From: Podarcis liolepis
Taxonomy: Eukaryota
Direction: 5' to 3' (one strand)
NCBI GenBank assembly: GCA_965112155.1
Contig: OZ218104.1
Length of the DNA: 64,000 nt
In this document: piece by piece, positions 47,101 through 59,100 of the stretch
Layout: the number at the start of each line of letters is the position of its first letter
How positions within the stretch are numbered: the stretch's first letter is position 1
Program-made: the position numbers and the translations under genes
The notes under the pieces: generated by a model
The model's database searches: none
Told to the model about the DNA's origin: nothing
Seen by the model: the letters and a program-made list of their open reading frames with translations, nothing else

Positions 47101-50100
47101 GGAAGGGGACAAATGGTAGAGGCAATGGGACTGCAAGCAGGACCTGAGTGCCACAGCATATAAGTGCAACTGTGTCAAGGCTGTAGATTATTCTCTGAAT
47201 ACCTCGGAGAAGCACCCTGTGAGAACTGGAACTCAAACCATGGAAAGAAGTGTGGCAAAGAACATCAGGCTGCCCAATGCAGAAGCCTCTGGAGCACCAC
47301 CTGACACAACCATGAAGTGCATTTTCCTGCTCCTGTCCAGCTCATGTTTTGTAGTGGGGAAGCAAACACTACAGGAGAACATAGAGCAAATATATATTTG
47401 CATATATTTGCAGCATCAGCAGGGGAGGAGGGCACCTCCCTTGAATCTTCCTGGGCCATTTTTGTTGCTGCCCCCTTTAACACATGCAGGGGCAGATTGG
47501 ACAATCATGTGCCAAACACCAGCCCCAGGCTTCCACTTCACTTGCTACTGTGCTCTAAAGTAACTTATTTCTGTCAGCTGGCATCGGAGTGCCACTGATT
47601 CCAAAGGGAGGTTTGGAGGCTTCCATGCACCCCAATGCCATCTCCCTGCACCCACCCCTACCAACAGCGACTTCTGCCCTTCACCTTGTATTTCCTGAAG
47701 ACCGTTTGGACCAGCTTGGCAGCCTCGTAGAGCTCTCTCTGCTCGTGATCGGAGAGGGTCAGCTGCGCAAACTCGTTTTCGACTTTCTCGCTGGTGGAGG
47801 CGCTTAGGAATTCTGTCCAGTCTGTTGCCGAAGGGAGGCTGGGCTTCTCAAAAGCCATTTCATTGACTGGTGAGCTTGCAGGGCTCAGGCTGGTGTTGGA
47901 AGAAGGGGTCAGGGGTCCAATGTACAGGCTTCTGCAAAAAGAGGCACAGGGGGAAGAGGGTCATAGCTGCACAAACACCAAGACATGCTGGCTGGCTGGA
48001 GAAAAAGAACAAATCCTGGATTTGGTTCAGATTAAGGGTGGGGAGAGACAAGTGAGTTGGTCACATCTGAGCCATACAGTGAAAACACATACATTCCCCA
48101 AAGAATCATCGAGCTATAGTTTACCTCCTTACACAGCTATGATTCCCAGCACCGTAAAACTACACTTCACCCTCTCTGAGGCAGGGGCTAAGTCTTGGTG
48201 ACCCAGAATGTGCCAACCCTTGTTGAAACAGCATGGAAACATGCTGCAAGCTTACTATTTAGCATTCCAGGGATCTTTATTTCACAGTACTTGAGGGTTA
48301 AGGGTTGAAAATTTGTCGTAACTAGTTAACTTGCTCCACACCCAGCGAACCTGAATGGAACCTGTTTCAGGGATGTTCTGAACCTTTACTGGCTTGACTC
48401 AGAAAAAGAAAGTGGATTCATTTTAGCTGTTGTAACCCAAAATTCAAAAATGAATTAAAGCATCAAACAGCTGGGCACTGGGTAGGAGATCCCCCCCCCC
48501 ATATGGCAGCACCAGCAGCAACAAGGAGCCCCCCCCCCCGCTTGCCTGGTGGGTTTTCAGTTTTGCAAGGTGAAGGCCAGAAAAGTCAATATGGGCCAGC
48601 GGGCATCATAAGCTCGACCAGTCCTGGTAATACAAGGCCACAGACCTTATTTGAGCAGCACTTGGTAAATGGTCGACATCCGCGAGGTAACTGGCCAGCC
48701 AGCTCATTGAAGTGCTAATGGTGGCGCTCTCCGTCCTCTCGGCTGGTGGCGCCTCCATCGGCACAAAGTTTTCCCGCTTGATCCTCTCTGGGGTCGCTTC
48801 GATGATGTGCTCTGCCAGAGTCATCATGGTCACCTGTGAAGTGAGAAGGAAAGCTTTTCAGGGGCATGTGGGTGGAGACAAGGCAAGAACAGCACTTCCC
48901 ACTGCTTCCCTTCCTGTTGGGTCCCAGAACCTGCTCCTGTCAGACCGAGGAGGTATGCTGTACATAAAATGCTTGTGCTTGGGTTTGGAAGGTAAAAAGT
49001 ATTCTGCAATTGGCAAAGGTTGAGGCCTTGTCCCATCACACGACGTTGCAAGCCTGTTTAGCTGTAGCTTGTGATGACAAGCGAATCTTATTTTGCTTGG
49101 TTCAGGTAAATTCATTCTGATTGGTCTGTGTGGCTGACAGCAGACTCTGATTGGCTGGAGATTCTCGTCAGTTGGGAGTTAAATGTCAGTTGGGCCCCCT
49201 TTGCCCTCTACATTTAAATCATTTTAAACTGTCATGGCTTCACTCAAAGCATCATGGGAACTGCAGCTTGAAAAGGCTGCAGAGAGTTGCCAGAAGACCT
49301 ATTCCCCTCACAGGGCTATAATTCTCAGAATGGTTTAAGAGTCAATCCCTCTTCCCAGGAAAACTCTGGGAATTGAAGCTCTCTGAAAGAGAGGGAAAGG
49401 GGTGTCCCAATAACTTTCTGCACTTTTATCAAACTTAACAGTTCTCGGGATTCTGTGGGGGAAGAAGCCATGCCTGTTTAAAGTCACATTTTGGTGCTTT
49501 AAATGTATCATGCAGGTTGGGTCTTAAGAAAGAGTCTGTTGAATTTTGACAGTTGAGGGAAAAGGGGAGTCGATAAGAGGTGTGTGAAGAAAAGACAAGA
49601 GAAAGAAAGCTGAGGCATAAATACTATTGCCCAGTGTGTTATTAATACTCATTTGATGACAATGAAGGGAAGGGAGTTAGCTTGAGAGGCTGCCCTGTGT
49701 CAAGGTCTTCCCACAAGCAGGTTTTTGAAGTTGACCAAACAGTCCAAACAGCCAGGAGTACAGTTTGCCCCCAGGAGCTGGGGTGGGTGGTGGACAAACT
49801 TGTCTATGGTGGATGTTTAGGGAATTTGGGTTGAGGTGAAAGAGGCTGGAGTCAGCAACAGCAGCACTTCGTGAGCCTTCAGAAAGTGTTAACAAGCACC
49901 TTTAAGACCCCTTTGCAAATATCCGTATTTCCCTCATGCACACAGCATTCCCCTTAAGAAGCCAGCCATCTTAGTCAGGAGTTCATCCTGTCTCTAGTGT
50001 AAATGTCAACCTCACACCTAAGCTGGCTATATCAGCTACTAGGAGGTTTTGAAAGCTGTTCTGAGCGTGTTGGTAGCAGTGGGAAATGAAAGCAGCACAG

Positions 50101-53100
50101 CTACCTAAACCTTTGTTTATTATAACAGCAAGGCTGAGGGAAATGGGTTCCCTGATAGGGCTTGTAGTCAGCCTTTTTTGCTCTACTGAGGGCCGCATGC
50201 AGTGGACAGACCCCTTGCCCTCCTTTATACTCACATACATGCTAATAGACACCCATTCTTTCCTTCCATTCTTATTTATTTCAGGTGTTTATATTCCAGG
50301 CCAGGTTCAAGGTTCTTCTGCTGATATACAACACCCTGAGCAGCTTGAGCCCAGGGTACCTCAAGGACTGTCTGAACCTTCATATATCCCAGCCTGATCA
50401 CTGAGATTACCCAGGTGAGCCCTGCTAGTTGCTCCCCCATGTTACAGAAGCCCAATGGTCCTCAACCAAAAATTGGGTATTTAAGTGCAGCAGGTTCCAT
50501 GCTGTGGAACACTCTTCCAGCAGAGATTTGGCAATGACATTCTCATTTCCAGCTTTTTCATGATTTTTTTTTTAATGTTTAAACTACCTCTTGCATAGCT
50601 AGGCATTTTAATGATTGTTTTGTTTGCAGTTCTTTTGATATTGGATGGTTCACCCCCCTGGTGTGTGTTTTATGAAGGCTCACCTGCAGGTCATCCATGT
50701 GATGCAAGCAGTCCTCACTTTCTGTGCCGTCCCGGAAGGAGAGGAGCTCTGCGTCAGCCACCTCCCGCTCCGCCATCATCAGCACGCTCATCTGCTCCCG
50801 CGGATGGAGCCGCTGGGCCCCTGAGTCCTTCCCCAGCGCCAGCCCCTTGGGGCTGCCTGCCACCTGCATCGCAGGCACGCCAATATACGCCTCCTTTGGG
50901 CTCCACTTGGCCCCTGCCTGTGTGCCGGAGCCGTGGTAGCCAGCCACTTCGGAGACAAGCTCCCGCGCATAGTCCCGCACCCCATGCCTGGGGCTGATTG
51001 TCTCTGGGAGGGATTGCTTAGCACTGGAGCTTGGCTTCCGGGCACTCGGCTGCTCCAGGCTCAGGGCGGTGGAAAGAAGCTTCTCCTGCCGAGCAGAGAA
51101 GTAGTCGGGGTTCAGTTTGTGTTTTTTGGGCGCGGGGTACTCCTTCTGGCTCTCGCTGCTGTAGTAACTGGAGGGCTCGGACCGGGGCCGCCTCAGCTCT
51201 GGAACCAAACAGAAGACAAGTCAGGATTCAGTCATGCAAGTGTGCATGTGCATCTTCCTGAAATATGCCCTGCGTTCACTCTGCCAAAGGGACCATGAGG
51301 CTCTGGAAGTCTGGCAATCAAGTGCCCAAGGTGGGGAACAGCAGAGCACCTCTGCATCAGCTCTGTATGGAGATGCACGCAGGCGCCCTCCTTATGACAG
51401 AGGGGGCAGGCACCTTAGTTTCCCCACATATGTGAATAGCAGCCCTGTGTAAAAGGGCATATTTGGTGGACACTGTTGGGAGGGAGCAAAACTGGTCTCT
51501 AAAGTGGCCTCATCCTGAGTCAGTTTCTAGATCATAACAGGAAGGCAAGGGTCTAGTTGTGATAAACCAAGAGGACTCAATCACCTGCACTGGATGAACA
51601 GAACTCATTAAGCTGGGGTACATAGGGGGCCTTGTGCCTGTGTTCTGCTGTTGCACTGCCCCTTCCCTCCTCAGTACCAGATGTCAGGTGTAAAGTAACC
51701 ATAGCTTCCCATTCCATATAAACCAGGAAACCATGGTTGCCAGGGCTGGCACAAACCAGGATCTCAAACAATAATAGAAGTTTGTCTCAAAACCTGGTGT
51801 GCCCCCACCCTAGTAACCAGCATTTCCTGGTTTGGACAGAAAAGGAAATAATGGTTAACCCAGGAAGTCTTCATGGTGTGCAGCAAGATCAGAAGAAAGT
51901 AGTGGATGGAGCCAGCAGGTAGAAGGTTTGTGAATAGCTCAGCTTATTGAGCCAGGATACTGACGTCCAAAGTTAGCCACTGTGTGATCGTCCTAAGTTT
52001 CTGGGAAACAAATGAAGGAGGAGGAGAATGGGCCAAACCTTTTCTCCAAGGAATGTGATGGAGGCCTTTCAAACAAAAAACAACAACAACATCCTACCTG
52101 TATTGGAATTGGAAATCACGGTGACTCCCTTCTGGGGCTCCTGAGAGGCCACCATCTCACTGTGCCACTGGGCGATCCAGTTCTCACTGCTGGGCTCCTC
52201 ATGCGAAGGACAGGGGATCCGGGGGGTTTGCCTGAGTTGGGCTTGCTCCTCCCGCTGCAGGTGCTCGAGGCACTCAGCCAGCTTCACGTGGCCCCGAGAA
52301 CGAGCAATAGCCAAGGGGAGCCTCCCGAGGGAGTCGGGGATGGAGATAGCGCGGCGGTCCCACTTGTAAAGGACCACAGCTGCATCCATGTGGCCCAGCG
52401 CACATGCCCACATCTGGAAGTAAAAAGAAGTTGGGTGGGCAAGGAAGAAAAGGGGAGGGGACTGTGGCAGAGTACAGGACCCACTCAAATAACTATCTGT
52501 TTGTAGGCTTGTCAAGTCTTGGTGTGTGCACCCCAGGATATGACAGCTCCATTATTTCACATTCAAGTCTCTTGGAGTTGGACACAGCTGGCAAGCCTAC
52601 TCCATCACATATGCTCAGGGAAAGGGAGTGGCAGGTTAAGGATGCAAAACTTGTGCAATGATCCCAATGGGAAACTCATGCCACCCTCTCCCTGGTTACC
52701 ACAAGCTGCGAAGAAAAGAGACTTTGAGCACCTCGTGCGCAGGGCGTGGCTACTTACCAGCGGCGTGCAGGAGAAATGATCCACGTTCAAGGGGTCCACT
52801 TCCAGCTCTAGATCGATGCTGTCAGCATGCTTGGTACTGGGGGCCCAAGAAGGAGAGTAGTCATTTGGAGCTGCTTACTCAGGGGAGGGGGGGAATCTTT
52901 GCCCCAAAGAAAATGTGGATGGCAGCTCGACGGTGGTTTTTTTTAAAGTTACTTGCAAAAAAAATTTGTGCTTTTGAGTTACATATTGAGGAGGGGAAAA
53001 TTACAAACTAAACATCCTCCCTAGCACCCCCCCCCCGCTTTTACCCCACCTAAAGGCATAGTTTAGATCTAAATAATAACAGTAAAGTTTGTATAAGCAC

Positions 53101-56100
53101 TGGAGTGGAGAGAGTCCGAAGGTTGCTAATGTCAATATAAATAAAAGCCTTTTTTTTTTTTTACAGAAAGTGCCATTTCCCAAATTACACTGTACTATTT
53201 TAATACATTTAAACACTTCATTTCGTTCCAATTTCTGCCTAGCAATGTTCTTGCTGCCATTTACTAAGCCTTAGTTCGTCTCTGCTGAATACACCTAACA
53301 ATGCTATTTATAGTGGTTTCTTTCTTCTTCTTCTTTACAGGTTTTCCCAGTATTTTTGTTACTTCTACAAATATTTCATCCCAGAATTGGGCAACTTTGG
53401 CACTTTACCATCACATGTGTGTGAAGGAACTATGAACTGGACGTCCCCTGCAGCAAGCAGCTGAGTAGAATTTTAGTGCTTTTTTTAAGGCATTAAATGC
53501 CATTTTTGTATTATTTTCAAATAATTTTATTTTAGTCTTGCTGAATTTGTTTTACAAGGATTTTTTCTCCCATAGCTGCCCAATCTTCATCCAAAATAGT
53601 TCAATTCTGGACAGATTCCCACACTCCAGACACACTGGATCGGTCAATCAAGCTTCCCCAAGTGGCAAAGGCCACACACCCAGAGTGCTCAGGGATTTAA
53701 GAGTTTCCTTTGTGGCTTATATGGACCCAAAAAGATATTGCACCCATGTACTGTGAAGATGCAGCTATGCACAGGGGGTAGTCAACTAGTCACTTGAGAG
53801 CTTCAACAGCCCTTAAGGGGTTCCTGCCAAGTCCCCAGGACAGCCCTGAACCCCAGGAGATGCCTCCTCCTATGTAAGCGGCATAGCCAAGTGCCCACCC
53901 CCAGAACCTGCTCCTGCACCCCCGGGTTCTTACCGCCATTTAAGGAGAGTCTGGATGAGGGTCGCATAGCCCTGGGCTGCTGCCAGGTGCAGGAGGGTCA
54001 TCCCTCGGAAGGTCTTGGAGTGGATGAGGTGCTTGGATTTGGCCCAGCAGGCCCTGCTCATCATCTTCTCACACACAACTACCACACGGCTCTCAAAGCA
54101 GTTCCCCAAGGTGGCTGCCCCCGAGACGCACTGCAAGGGAGAGATGCGCTGGGCTCAGGGGCTAGCTCTCAGTAGAGCAAGCCAAGCAGTGTGGGCAGAG
54201 AGGGAGCAGAGTCTAAGGCTTCTTAATGGATTTTGCCATGAACAAATGACAGCTTGAAGGGGAGAAGAGTCTGTCCTCAAACAGCTGGGGCTTGTTGGCT
54301 CTGTGCTATGAATGGGTCATGTCCCTCAAGCATGGGAAAACACAAGGAAGTGCAAGTCTGAGCTTGTGAGAAAGGACCAGGCTGCCAGCTAGGACACTCC
54401 CTGTGCTTTTCTTCAGGACCATTGCAGCTTTCCCCAAGTATACAGCTGGGAAGGGCCCAGGGAGCTAATGCGGAAGATACTCTGGTTGTTGCTGGGTTTT
54501 TGTTGTTGTTGTTGTTTTTAAACTGCCTATGCATTATTTTCCCTCTTCAGAATGAGCAACCAATTACACTAACTACAATATTAGTGGCTCTCATTTCTGA
54601 GCATTTTAGCTTCTTTAATTTCCACATAGTAGCACATATCTCTCCTTACTTGTTGTCTTCAAGGGGCAATTTTTGTACCCAAAATGGACTGTTCATCTTC
54701 ATTATCAACACTGAACATAGAAGATAAATAGCAAGCTGCCTTTTGCTGAGTCTGACTATTGGTCCATCTAGCTCAGTACTGCCTACACTGACTGGCAGCA
54801 ACTCTCCAGGGTTTCAAGCAGGAGACATTTCCAGCCCCACCTTGGAGATACCATGGGAGACTGAGCCTGGAACCTTCAGCATGCAAAGGAGGGGCTCTAC
54901 CACTAACCTACAGTGGGTGGTCCAGCATCATGGAGCACAAAGCCTCTACCTTAAATCTTCCCCTCCTCCCAGATGGTACTGGTGGTTTTTTATTTTGCAC
55001 CATTAGCAGCCACTTCAAAGTCAAGAGGGAGGAGGAAGCCTCCCTAGAGTGGCACAAAATTCTGAAGAGACTGCAAAAGTCTCTTGAATGTAAAGTACTC
55101 CTGTGGGGCACCCAGGAACACAGCCAGGGGGCTCAGCATGTACCTGTGCTTGGCTACCTCCATTGCCGCTGCCGTTGCCCCCACCACCACCTACGCCTTG
55201 CTTGTGCTGCTGCTGCTGGGACCCAGTCATTTCGGCCATCCTCCGCTCCATCTGCTCAAGTCGCTCCAGGATAGACATCCTGAACTGGTTCTCTGCGGCA
55301 ACACAGGAGAGAAACAAAGAGAAAGAGTGTGAATCAGAGGGCTACTCCCATTCCTGACATGGGGAGCAAAAGCAAAAGGCAAATCACTGACAAAAAGGTC
55401 CCAAGTCTTGAGAAGTTTGTGTGTGGAGTAATCTGGGGGAATCAATGTGCTAGCAATTCTTCTTCTGCATCACACTGTCCTGCTTCTGAGTGCTTTCTTG
55501 GGTTTTCTCAACCACCCAAAACAGAATCAGCTTCTGTATTTAAACATTCTCAAAAAGAAAGCAATGCATGCCCAGGGTCTTTGGCCCTGTTGGCACCTTC
55601 CAATGGATAGACCAAACAACAGCTAGCAGGCATGTAGGCTAAATGGGCCCTCCAGGTTGCAGGCATTTATTTTTGGATACCAAGGCACTGAGGATGGCCA
55701 GCTTGCATCCTTCCAAACACCCCAGTGAAACAGTGAGGAACCTCAGGCCTGGGGGACTTATGCAGCCCTCTTGGTGTATCTGGCACCAAGAGTCTCTGCA
55801 CAAGCCACATCCACCACTGACCCTACTCTGCACTCTCGGGATGCTTCTGCCCTTGAAATGTCACAATGCATCTTGCTTGCCCAGATTTCATGTAGAAACC
55901 GTTCGGCCAACCATGTTACTTTTGAGTCATTGACCCTGCTTCTCTCTCAGGTGGGGGAATAGTGAAGCAATTATATATAGGGTACCAATGCCCTTGGAAG
56001 ACTGACACTCAAATGCAGAATGCAGCTGCTGGATTGGTGGGTAGAGCAGCCCCAAGGGGCCAAGCATCACCAGTCCTGAAAGCGCTGCCCTAAACAGCCG

Positions 56101-59100
56101 GGACCCAAGTAACTCCCCCCTTCAAATATCAACCATCCCAAGCCCTACAATTGGTGCTGCCACGTCTGGTAGTTGTTCAACTGGCACTGACTAGCGACAG
56201 GGCCCCTTTGGTGGTGGTTCCCCATCTGTGGTCCTCCCTGGTGAGATGCGTCTGTCTCTCTCAAAACTAACATTTAGGAGGAGTTTAAACACATTTCTAT
56301 TTGATAACTGAGAAATTCTGATTCCAGCAAGCTTGACATTATTAGCTGTTGTTTTCAGATGTCCTTAATTGCTTTAAATGTTTTATTTTTAACTACACTG
56401 TCTTCCTGCTTTGTTGTTTGCCTCCCTGGGATCTTGGTGGTGCCGGGGGACAGAAATTTGACAAGCAAATAAATATAACCTAGTTGGCCATTCCCCTACC
56501 CCAGATTCTTCCAGGCATCACCTACATGTTTGAGGGCCTAATATCTGCAGCCTGGAGGAAAAGGACTTTGCTGTACAGCATAATTATAGAATGATAGAGC
56601 TGCAGGACATCTAGCCCAACCTTGTGCAAGGCAGAGATCTGCAACTACAGCACCCAGGACAGCACCCTAACAGGATAGATAGAGCCCATCACCCCAGAGG
56701 CTGCCTTGCTTCCACAGTGGAAGACCTTGTACCATGAGGGGCATTCCTCCTTCCCATTTGCACCCTTGGCCTCTGGGCCTGCCCTCTGGAGCAAGGGAGA
56801 AAACCATGTGCTCCACCTTAGGTTGTGGTCATCAAGTGATGAACCTGCCTGGAGGAAAACCAGCTCTCCCATGAATCCAGCTGGGGACTGAGATCCCTGA
56901 CACAGTCAGATTTCGACGGGGGGGGGGCACTCCCTCTCTTGGGATTTCGCTCCACTTCCAGGGTGGCAAACCAAGGCAGGCGGTTCCACAGGCCACCTCT
57001 TCCGGCTGAGTAGCCTATTTTTGGGGAGCACAAATAGTGCTGAGTAGCCTATTTTTGGGGAGCAAAAATCACCCACCCGCCAGCTAGCTAGCTGTATACT
57101 AATCACACTATTGTCCAAAAAGCGGCCCCGAGGGTCAACCAGTTCAAGGAGGCCTGGCACTTCCTTGGGGCGGGGGACGAGGCAGGCTTCACCACTTTCT
57201 TGTTCCAATCGCGTTCTCTCCCCGTCCCCCGCATTTCAAAATAAGTTTTCTTACGTTTCGGAAGCCCCGAGGGAGAGGTCGCCGCCGCTGCTGGCGGTGG
57301 GCGATCGGGAGCCTCCTCCCGAAGTAGGGGATAGCGAGGAACTTCTGTGGGGGGCGGGGGAGAAGAGGGCGCGTTCCTTCCCCACGTGCGGCTGGGAACT
57401 TTCCCCGCTCCTCGTCCGCGCCTGGCGCTCCCCTGGAGTCCGCTCCCACCTTCCGCGCGGGCCCCGCGGTGGCGCAAAAAAAGTGGGCAGGGCAGGAGCG
57501 AGGCGCACTTACCTGCCAGCCAGCTCGCCCGCCCGCGGGTCCCTTCGGACGCAGCCCGAGCGAGCGAGCGGCCGGCCAGCCCGCCGGGCTCTTTGGGCAG
57601 CCCTCCTTTTCCTTCCCCGCCTCTGCGCGGCCAATCCGCAGCGCGGAAAGTGACATCAGCCCCCGCTGCCGCCGGGGAGCGCCCGCTCGCCACACGCGCG
57701 CCGGAGCCAATGAGGAGCCGTCGGGGCAGCGCAACAGGTGCCCGGCCCGGGACGCCCCGCGCCGCCGCCCACCTCGCCCGCGGAGCCCAGCCCAGCCCTG
57801 CCTTGCCTGCGCCGTCCGTCGCGGCCCCGCCATGCCCGGCCGGAGCGCACGAGAAGGAGGAGAAGGAGGATGCGCTCGCCCCGGAGAGCGAGCGACCTGG
57901 CCAGTCCCGCTCGCTCTTGCCGCCGCTCTGCGCCCGCAATGCAGCCGCCGGGGAGGGGGCGCTCCGCATTATGACAAAGCGCGGCTGGAGCCGCCTCCGC
58001 GCGGCAACGCCGCCCCCCTCCCGCCGGGCTGAGCCGCCCGCCTCGCCCCTTCGCCGGCCCTGGCTGGCTGTCGGCCGTCGCCCTCCAAGCTGCAAGGCGC
58101 TATGCCTTGCGCCGTCCCCCTCCCTTCTCCTCCGCGGGCTGAAAAGTGCCCCCTCCCCACGGCTTGCCTTCGGGTTGCTCCTGCCGTCCCTGGATTCGGC
58201 CTCCCTGCTTCCCCCACTCCCCCCCCATCCCTGCGGGTGGGCTTTGGCGGGAGTCTCCTCCAACTCTTGTGCTGGGGCATCCGTGAAGCAAAGGGTCTGC
58301 GGCAAGGACGCATGGCTAAACTGGGGTGGGATCGACGTTGGGACGGCCTTCCCTTGGGCAGGTCCCCTTCAGCGTCTGGAGCAGAGCCGGCAAGGCAATC
58401 CTCCCCCTTTTCCTAGATCAGATATACTTTCCTCTCTTCCCACCCCCAAATCACACGAGAGCCATTATTCCCTGCCTCCCCCTCCTGCATGCCGGTGCCC
58501 AGCTCAGCCAAGCCAAGCCTGAGAAATGGCTTTGGGCATTCCTGCATTTCAGGGTGTGACACGCTCCCCATTTTGAAGGCTGCCTCAGGAGACGATGGGC
58601 TCTCCTTGGCTGGAGGTGGAACGGTCACCAGCTGCTAAGGAGGCTGCTATTGCAGATCCTGCACTGAGCCAGGCATCACGTGTCTCCAAGGTCCCGCCCA
58701 AGTCTATAATACAACTTGTCTACATCATTCTTAATAGTGTGGCACTCATACCTGGACATAGTCCTCCAGACCAGGTTGGACTACTGCCGAATAAATTAGA
58801 ACTATTACTTCCCAGGACTTGGAAACTATGATCCTATTCATGTTGCCTAAAATTATTTGTCTTTTTTTTGCAGCCATATCACAGTGCTGGCTCATGTTCA
58901 GGTTGTAGCTGATTACAATTCTGAGATCATTTTTGCATGTAATGCTGCCAAATGACAACAACAACAACAACACTTCAGGGTTCCTCTCTCTAAATGTAGA
59001 ACTTTGCATTTGTTGCTGTTATTTTTTTAAAAAAATAGTTTTGGCCCAGTTTCCTGTTCTCTCAAGGTCTGCGGTGATAGTAGCTCTCCCTCACAGTTTT

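Noticed and set aside
57103-58522. 400-aa and 391-aa overlapping ORFs on opposite strands
   Set aside because: Ala/Arg/Pro/Gly-rich products expected from stop-poor CpG-island DNA; no recognisable domain.
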